Assembly: GCA_002436085.1 (NCBI GenBank)
Contig: DIXT01000021.1
Location: 685 to 64,684 of the forward strand
Reading direction: 5' to 3'
DNA length: 64,000 bases
Source: Anaerolineaceae bacterium UBA6073
GTDB taxonomy: Bacteria > Chloroflexota > Anaerolineae > Anaerolineales > Anaerolineaceae
The notes under the pieces are model-generated. The model did not search any database, was not told the origin of the DNA, and saw only the letters and a list, made by a program, of their open reading frames with translations. Both the position numbers and the translations under genes were made by a program. Below, in pieces: positions 29,461 through 38,400 of the stretch (position 1 is its first letter; each line of letters opens with the position of its first letter).

Positions 29461-31563
29461 ATGCAGTCTATTGAGTCAATCAATCACAAAAATGACATTC
29501 AGAACGGCGGTGCAGCTATTCTCAAAAGCCGCTGGTTCTATCTCGGCATCACCGTCCTAATCACCAGCATTGTGCTCGTCTTCACGCTGGACATGCAGAT
29601 GTACGTGCTTTCATTGACTTCCGGCCTGCTTGGGATTGCCCTGGCAGCTTATTTCATCCTGCGAATTACGCTGCGCCCCATCACAACGCCTGAAATGGTG
29701 GAAGTGGCGGGGGATATCCGCAGCGGCGCGCGAACTTATTTACGCAGGCAGATAAAAACGATCCTGTTTGTAACCCCCTTCTTCGCCTTGCTGCTGTATT
29801 GGATCCTGGACTGGAAGGCAGCCATCACAGCGGTGTTCGGCGTGCTGACCTCGCTGCTGGCTTCGTACATCGGGATGAGCGTAAGCGTGCGCACCAACCT
29901 GCAGACCGCGGATATCGCCCGGGAAGGCAAAAAAGAACCTTTCCGCACCGCTTTGTTTGGCGGCTCCGTGATGGGTCTGTGCATCACCGGGCTGAGCTTG
30001 ATCGTGCTCTCGGTGCTCTTCAGCATCTTCCGGGACCCGAACGCGCTGATCGGCTTTGCCTTCGGGGGCGGGCTGGCGGCGCTCTTTGCCCAGATTGGCG
30101 GAGGCATCTTTACCAAATCCGCGGATATTGGCGCGGACCTGGTGGGCAAGATTGAGGAAAATATTCCCGAGGACGACCCCCGCAACGCGGCGGTCATCGC
30201 GGACCTGGTAGGCGATAACGTTGGAGACTGCGCTGGCCGCGGCGCGGACCTGTTCCAAACCTTCAGCGACGACCTGGTGACCGGGTCCATTGTGGCGGTG
30301 GCGGCGGCCTCGATTTACGGTCCTAAAGCCATCTTTTTCCCTTTTCTGCTGCAGAGCGTGGGCGTCTTTGCTTCCGCTGCCGGCATCTCTGCCAGCCGCG
30401 AATGGAAGCCGGGCATGAGCCCGTCCACCCAGTTCAACGTCGGCCTGTTTGTCAGCTCCGTGCTCAGCATCATCGGCGCGCTGGGCATGTCTCTGCTGCT
30501 GCTGAATGATTGGATCATTGGGATCGCTGCGACCATGGGCGTGCTGATTACCACCGTTGCCTCGGTTAGCACAAGATACTACGCCGGCATGGAAGGTAAA
30601 CCCGTGCGCAACATTGCCAAGGCTTCCAAGCGCGGCGCGGCGTTGAACCTCATCACCGGAATTTCCTATGGGCTGCAAAGCCCGGTGCTGCCGGTGATCG
30701 TCCTGATGGGCGTGGTTGTTGGGGTATACACGCTCTCCGGGAACAGCCTGCTGGCGCTGGTAGCCGTCAATATCGGCACCGATCTGCTGATCACGTTCAT
30801 TATGGCTGCCGACGCGTTTGGCCCGATTGTGGATAACGCGGCGGGCATTGCCAGCATGTCGCACGCGCCCCGGCACGTCATTGACAAGCTTTCCCGTTTG
30901 GACTCCGTTGGGAACACGATGAAAGCCATCACCAAAGCCTACGCCATGATTTCGGGCACCATCACCGCGTTTGTCATCTTCCTGACCTTTTACAAGCTGG
31001 CCGGCATTGAGGCGATTGACGTGACCACACCGTTCAACCTGAGCTTCCTTTTCATCGGCGTGTGTTTGCCTTTCCTGATTTCCTCGCTGGTCATCGGCTC
31101 CACCGCCAAAACCGCGGAATCTATGGTGGACGCCGTGCGCGACCAGTTCCAGCAGAACCCGGATATCCTGAAGGGGCTGGCGAAGCCGAATTATTCCCAG
31201 TGCATTGATATTGCCACCAGCAACGCGCTGCGCGAGATGATATTGCCCAGCGCCATCAGCATCCTGGTGCCGATTGGGATCGGGTTTGCTTTCGGGATGA
31301 ACGCGCTTGGGGCTGTACTGGTCGGCTCGGTGGCGTGCTCGGCGCTGCTGGGACCCTTCTTTAACAATACCGGCACCGCTTTTGACAATGCCAAGAAGAT
31401 GATTGAGAACCTGGAGTTTTCGCGCGGGACGCCGGAGCACATTGCCGCGGTGATCGGGGATACCGTTGGGGATTCGCTCAAGGATGTGGCGGGTCCGTCC
31501 ACACTGATCTTCATGAAGCTGATTGGCATGGCTTCGCTGCTGATTGTACCGCTGGTGAAGTAG
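29461..31563 (+). CDS. hppA: membrane-bound ion-translocating pyrophosphatase
   Basis: GGGIFTKSADIGADLVGKIEENIPEDDPRNAAVIADLVGDNVGDCAGRGADLFQTF and DNAKK..GDTVGDSLKD are canonical H+/Na+-PPase motifs. 700 aa, polytopic. Confidence 0.93.
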   Translation: MQSIESINHKNDIQNGGAAILKSRWFYLGITVLITSIVLVFTLDMQMYVLSLTSGLLGIALAAYFILRITLRPITTPEMVEVAGDIRSGARTYLRRQIKTILFVTPFFALLLYWILDWKAAITAVFGVLTSLLASYIGMSVSVRTNLQTADIAREGKKEPFRTALFGGSVMGLCITGLSLIVLSVLFSIFRDPNALIGFAFGGGLAALFAQIGGGIFTKSADIGADLVGKIEENIPEDDPRNAAVIADLVGDNVGDCAGRGADLFQTFSDDLVTGSIVAVAAASIYGPKAIFFPFLLQSVGVFASAAGISASREWKPGMSPSTQFNVGLFVSSVLSIIGALGMSLLLLNDWIIGIAATMGVLITTVASVSTRYYAGMEGKPVRNIAKASKRGAALNLITGISYGLQSPVLPVIVLMGVVVGVYTLSGNSLLALVAVNIGTDLLITFIMAADAFGPIVDNAAGIASMSHAPRHVIDKLSRLDSVGNTMKAITKAYAMISGTITAFVIFLTFYKLAGIEAIDVTTPFNLSFLFIGVCLPFLISSLVIGSTAKTAESMVDAVRDQFQQNPDILKGLAKPNYSQCIDIATSNALREMILPSAISILVPIGIGFAFGMNALGAVLVGSVACSALLGPFFNNTGTAFDNAKKMIENLEFSRGTPEHIAAVIGDTVGDSLKDVAGPSTLIFMKLIGMASLLIVPLVK

Positions 31564-31905
31564 GGGGATGGGCGCAAAGCTTCAAGATTTATCTCAAAAA
31601 CTCAGGATATTTCATCACTGTCACCTGAAAGCCGCGTTAGGTCAACTTCATAGCGTGGTAAGTCCCAGAATCCTGTCGCGAGCTTAATGCAATGTTTGCT
31701 GGAAGCATTCGGCTTCGTGTCCGGGGAAAAACATCCTCCCAATCAAGCTCTATATTTGCAAAAAAATTGAATCGGTAAAGTTGACTTGTGGTTTAAGTGC
31801 GTGTATACAAGCGGATTTGCGGATATGCCGGTGCAAATTGTAGTATTCTTATTGAAGCCGGTCACACGGGTGTGGTGTCTCAATAGATTAAACAAATATT
31901 CGGAG

Positions 31906-32652
31906 ATGAGAATGAAACCAACCAAAAAAGCAAGCGAAATGTCCATCCGGGAGCTGGCAGCCTATATCGATCAATCCGTGCTGAAACCCGAGTTCACCCA
32001 GGCGGAAATTCGCAAATACATCCAGGAAGGCATTGATTTTGGCTGCGCTACCGTGTGCGTGAACCCGGCTGCGCTGGACATTGCCTCCGAACTGACCCGC
32101 GGCACGGATACAAAAATCTGCGTGGTGTGCGACTTTCCTTTCGGGCTCTCCACCACACGCTCCAAGGTGATGCAGGCTGAGGAGTACTGCCGTAGGGGAG
32201 ACGTGGCTGAGCTGGACGTGGTTGCGAATTACGGTTGGATCCGCAGCGGAATGTTCGCCGAGGTGGAAACGGATATCCGGGCGGTCGTGGATGTGTGTCA
32301 CACCCACGACGTGCAGGTAAAGGTTATCTTTGAAACCGACCCGCTGACGCTCGACGAGGTCCGGCAGGCGTGTGAGGCGGGCATTGCCGCTGGCGCGGAC
32401 TTTCTTAAGACTTCCACGGGGTTTTTCACCGGCGGGAAGAGCGATGGGGCAACCCGCGAGGTGATCGCGCTGATGATGGAGACCGCGCGGGGGCGCTGCA
32501 AGATCAAAGGCTCCGGCGGCATCCGTAACCAGCAGCACTTCTTTGAACTGATTGACATGGGCATCGACCGCATGGGCATCGGCTACCGCTCCACGCCGGT
32601 GGTGTTGGGGGTGAGCGCGGAAGAGGCGAAGCGGCTGCGGAGCTTGGGGTAG
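31906..32652 (+). CDS. deoC: deoxyribose-phosphate aldolase
   Basis: DQSVLKPEFT..VCVNP..KVIFET..FLKTSTGF (Schiff-base lysine context)..IKGSGGIR. In-frame ATGs at 31906 and 31912 follow GGAG (31902-31905). The listed ORF start at 31786 is unlikely. Confidence 0.85.
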   Translation: MRMKPTKKASEMSIRELAAYIDQSVLKPEFTQAEIRKYIQEGIDFGCATVCVNPAALDIASELTRGTDTKICVVCDFPFGLSTTRSKVMQAEEYCRRGDVAELDVVANYGWIRSGMFAEVETDIRAVVDVCHTHDVQVKVIFETDPLTLDEVRQACEAGIAAGADFLKTSTGFFTGGKSDGATREVIALMMETARGRCKIKGSGGIRNQQHFFELIDMGIDRMGIGYRSTPVVLGVSAEEAKRLRSLG

Positions 32653-32855
32653 GACATCACCATTCTATTTCGCTTAAGCCACGCAAGATTAATTTCGCCC
32701 AAGGGGATATGGGAAGTCAGTATCAATGATTCCAAGGTAAACATGCAATTCTCAGTCTGCCGATATCTTCATATCTCAAGACGGAGAAAGGATTTTCAGC
32801 CAATGCAGGGGGATAAAGCACAGCCAGATATCGCTTGAGAATATCGAAGGAGGCG

Positions 32856-35465
32856 CTATTCTGCCGTCAATGCCAACCAGCGTTCATTGGTGTGGTAGTC
32901 CTCCCAATCCAGATCCTGGCGCACCCATTTCCGCTCGACCTCTCCAGAAGTTATCGCCTGCTGCAGCAAGTCCAAGGCAAGCCCGGCTTCTCCAGTCAAG
33001 GCGGCAATGCAAGCCTGATTGTAAAGAATTTCATTGGCGATTAAACTGCGCGCTGTGGCAAACTCAGCCTGTGCTTCCTCTGCGCACCCCAGTTTCTGGT
33101 AAACCGACCCCAGTTGGGCGTGGTAATCTACGCTATCGGGCATCAACATGACAAGCTGTTGAAGGACCAGCAGCGCGTCTGCAAACCGCTTTGTCATTCT
33201 CAGCAGCAGCCCCAGGTTGTTCCAGGCAGGAGCAAGTTTCTCATCGGCTGCCACAGCAGCTCGATATGCCTGTTCAGCGCCCCCCGGGTCGCCCTTGTTA
33301 TCCAGCAGCACTCCCAGGTTGTACCAGACAAGAGCAAGTTTCTCGTCGTCTGCCACGGCGGCACGATAAGCATGTTCAGCCCCCACCAGATCACCCTTAT
33401 TAGCCAACAGCACCCCCAGGTTGGACCAGGCAGGAGCATATTTCACATCGGCTGCCACGGCGGCACGATAAGCCTGTTCAGCCCCCACTAGATTACCCTT
33501 CTTATCCAGCAGCAGCCCCAGGTTGTACCAGGCAGGAGCATATTTCTCATCGGCTGCCACAGCTTTACGCCAGGCTTCCGCAGCTCCCACCAGAGCACCT
33601 TTATCCTTCAACAGCACCCCCAGGTTGTACAAGGCAGGAGCAAGTTTCTCATCGGCTGCCACGGCTTTACGCCAGGCTTGTTCAGCCCCCATCAGGTCAC
33701 CCTTATCCTTCAGCAGCAGCCCCAGGTTGGACCAGGCAGGAACAAATTTCTAATCGGCTGCCACGGCGGCACGATAAGCCTGTTCAGCCCCCTCCAGATC
33801 ACCTTTATGTTTCAGCAGCAGCCCCAGGTTGTTCCAGGCAGGAGCAAGTTTCTCATCAGCGGCTACGGCGGCACGATAAGCCTGTTCAGCCCCCACCAGA
33901 TCACCCTTTTCTTCCAGCAGCACCCCATAATTCCTCCAAATCCGAGCTGACGGTTGAGCAACCCTGGTTGCCTGTTTCATCAACTCCAAAGCTTTATCAA
34001 TTTGCCCTTTAAAATAATAATTACCCGCGAGATCAACAAGCAAGTCTTGTTGCGCGCCAGCTTGCGCATTAAAACGGCGCAGCCATGCATTGCGCAGCCA
34101 CCACCGATGCGCGAGGGCAAAGTTTTTCAATCGTGTTAAGGCCTCATTGGCCGATTTTTCTACTGTTTGATTTGGGTCGCCTGGGCACAATTTTCCCTTT
34201 TCGCATAGAACTTTAATTGCTGCTTCCGCTGCCGCATCCGGAAACTTAACGCGCTCCTCTTGGAAGTCGATAGCATACTTCTTTAGCATTTCAAGAACTT
34301 TTTCCCAACGCTGCTTGAAGCCCCATAACAGAGGCCATTTGTGATGCGCGAATACCAGGCTGCGGGCGTAAGCCTTGAAAATAGCAGGGTGGGCGGTGAT
34401 GTTGGCAGTGTAAAAAACCGCCAGCGCTTCGAAGAATTCTTCCGCCAGAGAATCAGCTTTTTTAATCTGCGTCTGGATGTCCAGCCAGATTGTTTGGGCG
34501 GATCCTTTAGATTCATCTTCTGCCAGTTCTTCTGTGATTACCTTGCTATCAGAGTTGGCCAGTTTGGTTTTTAGGTTTATGAAGGAAAGGATGGGATGGT
34601 AAGGCGTTCCGTCCATGTGTCCACACAGGGTTTGCTTCGCATTGGGTTCCCACTGGAACCCATGCAGGCTTGCCAGCTCCTCCACCAATTGCCCGGTCTG
34701 GCTTTCTGCCAGCAATGGCAGCTCTACGCTCTTTACCTGGTTTTTAACTAGCCAGGATTTCAAGGGGGCGTTAGCCGCCAAATGGTCACTGCGGGCTGTT
34801 GCCAGGAAGTATCCCGGGCTACAGCCCTTCAACTCTTTTAAGTACGCGTCTAAAACCTCCAATTGTTTTTCAGAGGCCTGACGAGGCAAATCGTTGACAT
34901 AAAAAACTACTCGCTGTCCGGGGTCCAGTTTATTTCGGACCGTTTCGGTAATCAGCTTTGGATCAAGAGCGCTTATTCCTCCGGTAATGTCATACACACA
35001 GGAAGAAACGAACGTGCCATCCTCCATTCGTTTACGAATGAACTCGGCAATTTCACGCGACTTGCCTGAATTCATTCTTCCCACCAGAAGGATTTTATGG
35101 TCAATGTGCAATTGATCCGCGGTTAAAGCTCCCCTGTCGATCCAAGTTATTTTTTGATCATATGCGGGCACATATTCCTTGATTAACTGCTCAGGGGACG
35201 TCTGGCGCAATATTCTATCAGTATTATCTACAACACTGCCAGAGGGGGGAGATGGCAAGATAGAATTTACAAGCGCATTGATGAATGTAGGTAAAGCAAT
35301 AATTGTTGTGATTAACCATTTAATAAAATCGCGGAAATTTTCGTCATATACATCTGGTGAAAGTAACTGTCCGCCCCATTTCCAAATAATGAAAATCGTA
35401 CCCGCTGCCAGGAATAAAAAAAGCAGGCTTCTATTCCTTCGAATACTTTGCTTTTTTTTCTCCAT
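32856..35465 (-). pseudogene. membrane-anchored P-loop NTPase with long C-terminal TPR array, interrupted by one in-frame TAG
   Basis: ORFs 33750..35465 and 32856..33692 are in the same frame. The TAG at 33750-33752 replaces the GAG found at the equivalent position of neighbouring TPR units (..AAVAAD*KFVPAW.. versus ..AAVAADEKLAPAW..). Walker A GRMNSGKS. Two N-terminal hydrophobic helices. Confidence 0.7.
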
Positions 35466-35738
35466 GTCGGATGCCTCGCTTACGAAAAAAGGTTTGGGTC
35501 TTCATTCCAGACACCTGAGCCCAAGTATTCAGCCCACTGCTTTAGCTTGACAGCGTTGAAATCATATTTTTTCAATGCTGTAAAGATTAATTTTCCCTGA
35601 TGAGATCATTTTACTCCAAAGGATTTCCAATTAGTGAGGAAACCAGGTGATAATCGTGATTATGGTTCTGGTTTGGAGCTGGATTGAACAACACAGGTGA
35701 CGTGGGCATCTGGAGCAAACCAGCCCTGTGGACAACTT

Positions 35739-36626
35739 TCAGCTAATTCCGCCGAGCTTCTCATCCAGAAACGCGGCGATTTTTTTCAGGCTGCGTCTTG
35801 ATTCCGGCAGGATGGGTACCATCTGGAACACGTGGAACATGCCCGGCCAGCAGGCCAGCCTGATTTCCACCCCCGCCTGGCGCGCTTTTTCCAGAAACTG
35901 CCTGCTTTGCTCCAACAGGATTTCGTGCTCACCCGCCTGAATGTTTATAGGCGGCAGCCCGCGCAAATCCGCCAATAAAGGTGAAATCAAAGGATTGGCG
36001 GGGTCATTTTCACCGGCATAAGCCTTTGCGTAGGTATCAAGAATTTCCTGATTTAGAACCGGGTCCTGCACGCCGGTTTTCACTGCCACAGCCGAAAGGT
36101 CCAGCCAGGGGGAAATACAAACCGCGCAGGCTGGCAGCTCTCTACGCAGGTCCCGCAGGGCAAGCAGGGCAGCCGCTGCCAGCCCGCCGCCAGCGGAATC
36201 CCCGGCAAGCGCGATTTCACTGGGGGCGAAGCCTCGCGAGAGCAGCCAATCGTAAGCGCTCAGGCAATCCTCAAGCGCTGCGGGGAAAGGATGCTCGGGG
36301 GCAAGGCGGTAATCGAGCGACAGGACTTGCCTTCGGCAGGTTTTTGCCAGCCTGCTGAGGAATTCCCGGTGCATTCGGGGCGAACCGAGCGCGTACGCGC
36401 CGCCGTGCAGGTAAAGAATAATGCCTCTCCTGGCGCCGCTGGGGACGATCAGTTCCGCCCGCACTCCGGCAGCATTAGCCGGCGTAATGCTGACATCCTT
36501 CGGGATCCGGGGGAGCGCGGTGAGCCTTTCAAGCCTTGCTCTCTGCTCTGGAATGGAACCCTTTGCCCAGCCGTATGCACTTAGTTGCAGAATCTTCAGG
36601 GTGACTTTTGCCTGGAGGCTGGACAC
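35739..36626 (-). CDS. alpha/beta hydrolase (esterase/lipase, hormone-sensitive-lipase family)
   Basis: Oxyanion motif LYLHGGAY, nucleophile elbow GDSAGG, C-terminal His context. Confidence 0.8.
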   Translation of the reverse strand: MSSLQAKVTLKILQLSAYGWAKGSIPEQRARLERLTALPRIPKDVSITPANAAGVRAELIVPSGARRGIILYLHGGAYALGSPRMHREFLSRLAKTCRRQVLSLDYRLAPEHPFPAALEDCLSAYDWLLSRGFAPSEIALAGDSAGGGLAAAALLALRDLRRELPACAVCISPWLDLSAVAVKTGVQDPVLNQEILDTYAKAYAGENDPANPLISPLLADLRGLPPINIQAGEHEILLEQSRQFLEKARQAGVEIRLACWPGMFHVFQMVPILPESRRSLKKIAAFLDEKLGGIS

Positions 36627-36633
36627 ATTTGCC

Positions 36634-37608
36634 TTAGGACCTACTGACGATCAAACGCTGCAGGTCGCCGACCACTTCCAGCCCGGCATTTTCCCCGGTG
36701 CTGTCAAAAAGCACTTCGCCTTGCAGGGTCTCGAGCGTCACGTGGATGGAGGCGTTCAGAGTTTCGATCACGCGCCTACCCATGTCCAGGTGGGTAGGCC
36801 CGCGCAGTGCCGAGCCTTCCGCGCGGTAGGCGTTCAGGCGCAGGCGGTGCGTGCGGTTGCGCAGCACCCAGTCAACCTGCGTGTCCGAGACGTCCAGCGC
36901 TTCGATTTTGCTGTTCAGGTAGGTGGTGAAGCGGTGGAGTTTGCCTTCCAGCCAGAAGCCCACGATGAAGCCCTTGAAGGTGTTCCCCATCCAGGGAATC
37001 AGCGCGACTGAAGCGGTGATACAGGCACGCTGGTTCTGAAAATGATTGCTCTGCAACCAAACCCATGCCGCGGGGAAGTTCTTTCCCCAATCTTTTTCCA
37101 TGTATCCCCGGCCGCCGCTAAAATCCATCTCTTTTCCGTTGAGAATCAGCTTGCCTTTCAGGCTGTGGTCGAAGCTGAGCACGCCGTTATAGCATTCCAT
37201 CCCCGGCACCCAAGCAAACCAGCCCATCACGCCCGGCAGGAGCCAGGTGACCGGCCAGGGGTTGAACGGCCCCAGTTGAATTTCGCCTGTGAGCTGGCAT
37301 TCGGGGTCATCCAGATTTACTTTCAGGTGCTGGCCGTCGAATTGGTTGGCGCCGATTTTTACAAAGAAACGCTCTGCGTCCCCGTGGAAATCCTGGAGGG
37401 GAAAAATAACATAGGCAGCCGTCCCATCCACACCGTCCAGAAACTGGACGAAGGCGTGGGCATCCTGTCCGAGGATCACGCCCGGGATGATCGCGAGCTT
37501 ATGCTCTTCGTCCGCGCTGACCAGTTTGTAGTACCAGCCTTCGAAAAAGGGCGGTTTCTTGTTTAAACCGTGGAAGATTCCGGGGTTCAGTGCGGCGGGT
37601 GGTGTCAT
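36634..37608 (-). CDS. tocopherol cyclase-like family protein
   Basis: The N-terminal PFFEGWYYK motif and the size (324 aa) resemble bacterial tocopherol-cyclase-family proteins. Recognised from memory only. Confidence 0.45.
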   Translation of the reverse strand: MTPPAALNPGIFHGLNKKPPFFEGWYYKLVSADEEHKLAIIPGVILGQDAHAFVQFLDGVDGTAAYVIFPLQDFHGDAERFFVKIGANQFDGQHLKVNLDDPECQLTGEIQLGPFNPWPVTWLLPGVMGWFAWVPGMECYNGVLSFDHSLKGKLILNGKEMDFSGGRGYMEKDWGKNFPAAWVWLQSNHFQNQRACITASVALIPWMGNTFKGFIVGFWLEGKLHRFTTYLNSKIEALDVSDTQVDWVLRNRTHRLRLNAYRAEGSALRGPTHLDMGRRVIETLNASIHVTLETLQGEVLFDSTGENAGLEVVGDLQRLIVSRS

Positions 37609-37796
37609 CCTGAGGTTCCTTGGCGCTCGTTTGTGGATGGCGCTTTGAGATGTTTATTGCTTGGATATTAACATAGTTTAACCAGGCGGAAGGCGTATTT
37701 TGAAAGTGGACCTGCACCCATCAGGATGTTTCCCGCCAGCTGCGCAGTAGCGTGCCCTGCCTGAGCTGTTTGTGTATGATGTTTCTGCAAGACCCG

Positions 37797-37829
37797 AAAA
37801 AAAGACACCTGCAGGATTGCAAGTGTCTT
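37797..37829 (-). terminator. rho-independent terminator immediately 3' of the tRNA fragment
   Basis: Stem aagacac / gtgtctt (37802-37808, 37823-37829). On the minus strand it is followed by a T7 run (37797-37803 are A on the plus strand). Confidence 0.65.
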
Positions 37830-37834
37830 GGTAG

Positions 37835-37876
37835 TAGCGGGGAGTGGATTCGAACCACTGACCTCCGGGTTATGAG
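37835..37876 (-). other. 3' fragment (anticodon loop to discriminator) of a tRNA-Met/fMet(CAT)-type gene; putative island attachment-site remnant
   Basis: Reverse complement reads CTCATAA CCCGG AGGTC AGTGG TTCGAAT CCACT CCCCGCT A. That is the anticodon loop, 3' anticodon stem, variable loop, complete T arm and 3' acceptor strand. The preceding sequence (..aaaatct) cannot pair with CCCGG, and no 5' acceptor strand (AGCGGGG) is present. Confidence 0.7.
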
Positions 37877-38400
37877 AGATTTTCCTGGTTTCGGAACGTT
37901 TTGAACTCAGGCTCTGCATTTTAGCCCGGCCTGAGGGACGCTCTTCTGAAGAGGCCGGAGGATCTTTGGTTACGAGTTATTAGACGTATGATAGCGACTT
38001 TTTATGACAGGGTCAAGTAGTAGTTTTTTCGCGACCCGGAGGACGATGGTTGAGTTTTGATGAATGAACGTCCTCTTTTCGAAAAACTTTTGTGAGATGG
38101 AAATATTCTTTAAGATTCGAGGGCGTTTGATTCTGTCAAAGTCTGAGGGATGATGGTTCTAAAACCTGGTTCCATCATCCTATACAGAATGATGATTTTC
38201 GTAATTCGTCGCTATGAAATGGGAAATAACGCATTACGAAAGATCACCAGCAGCCTTCACTCAAGCCTGGAGTGTGTGAATTTTTTTGAGTAATCAAAGC
38301 AATCATTTTGATTTCATTGTGCTATAATCAATAAGGAAATCATGATTATCATAATCTGGATTTCTTTATGTGTGACACGCCAGTGCTATAGGAGGTCCTT

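Noticed and set aside
29740-31440. 566-aa minus-strand ORF covering most of hppA
   Set aside because: It is an antisense shadow ORF (Arg/Gly/His-rich), while the plus strand encodes canonical pyrophosphatase motifs.
37835-37920. Intact tRNA-Met gene
   Set aside because: The sequence 5' of the CTCATAA loop cannot form the anticodon stem, D arm or 5' acceptor strand. Only the 3' 42 nt are tRNA-like.
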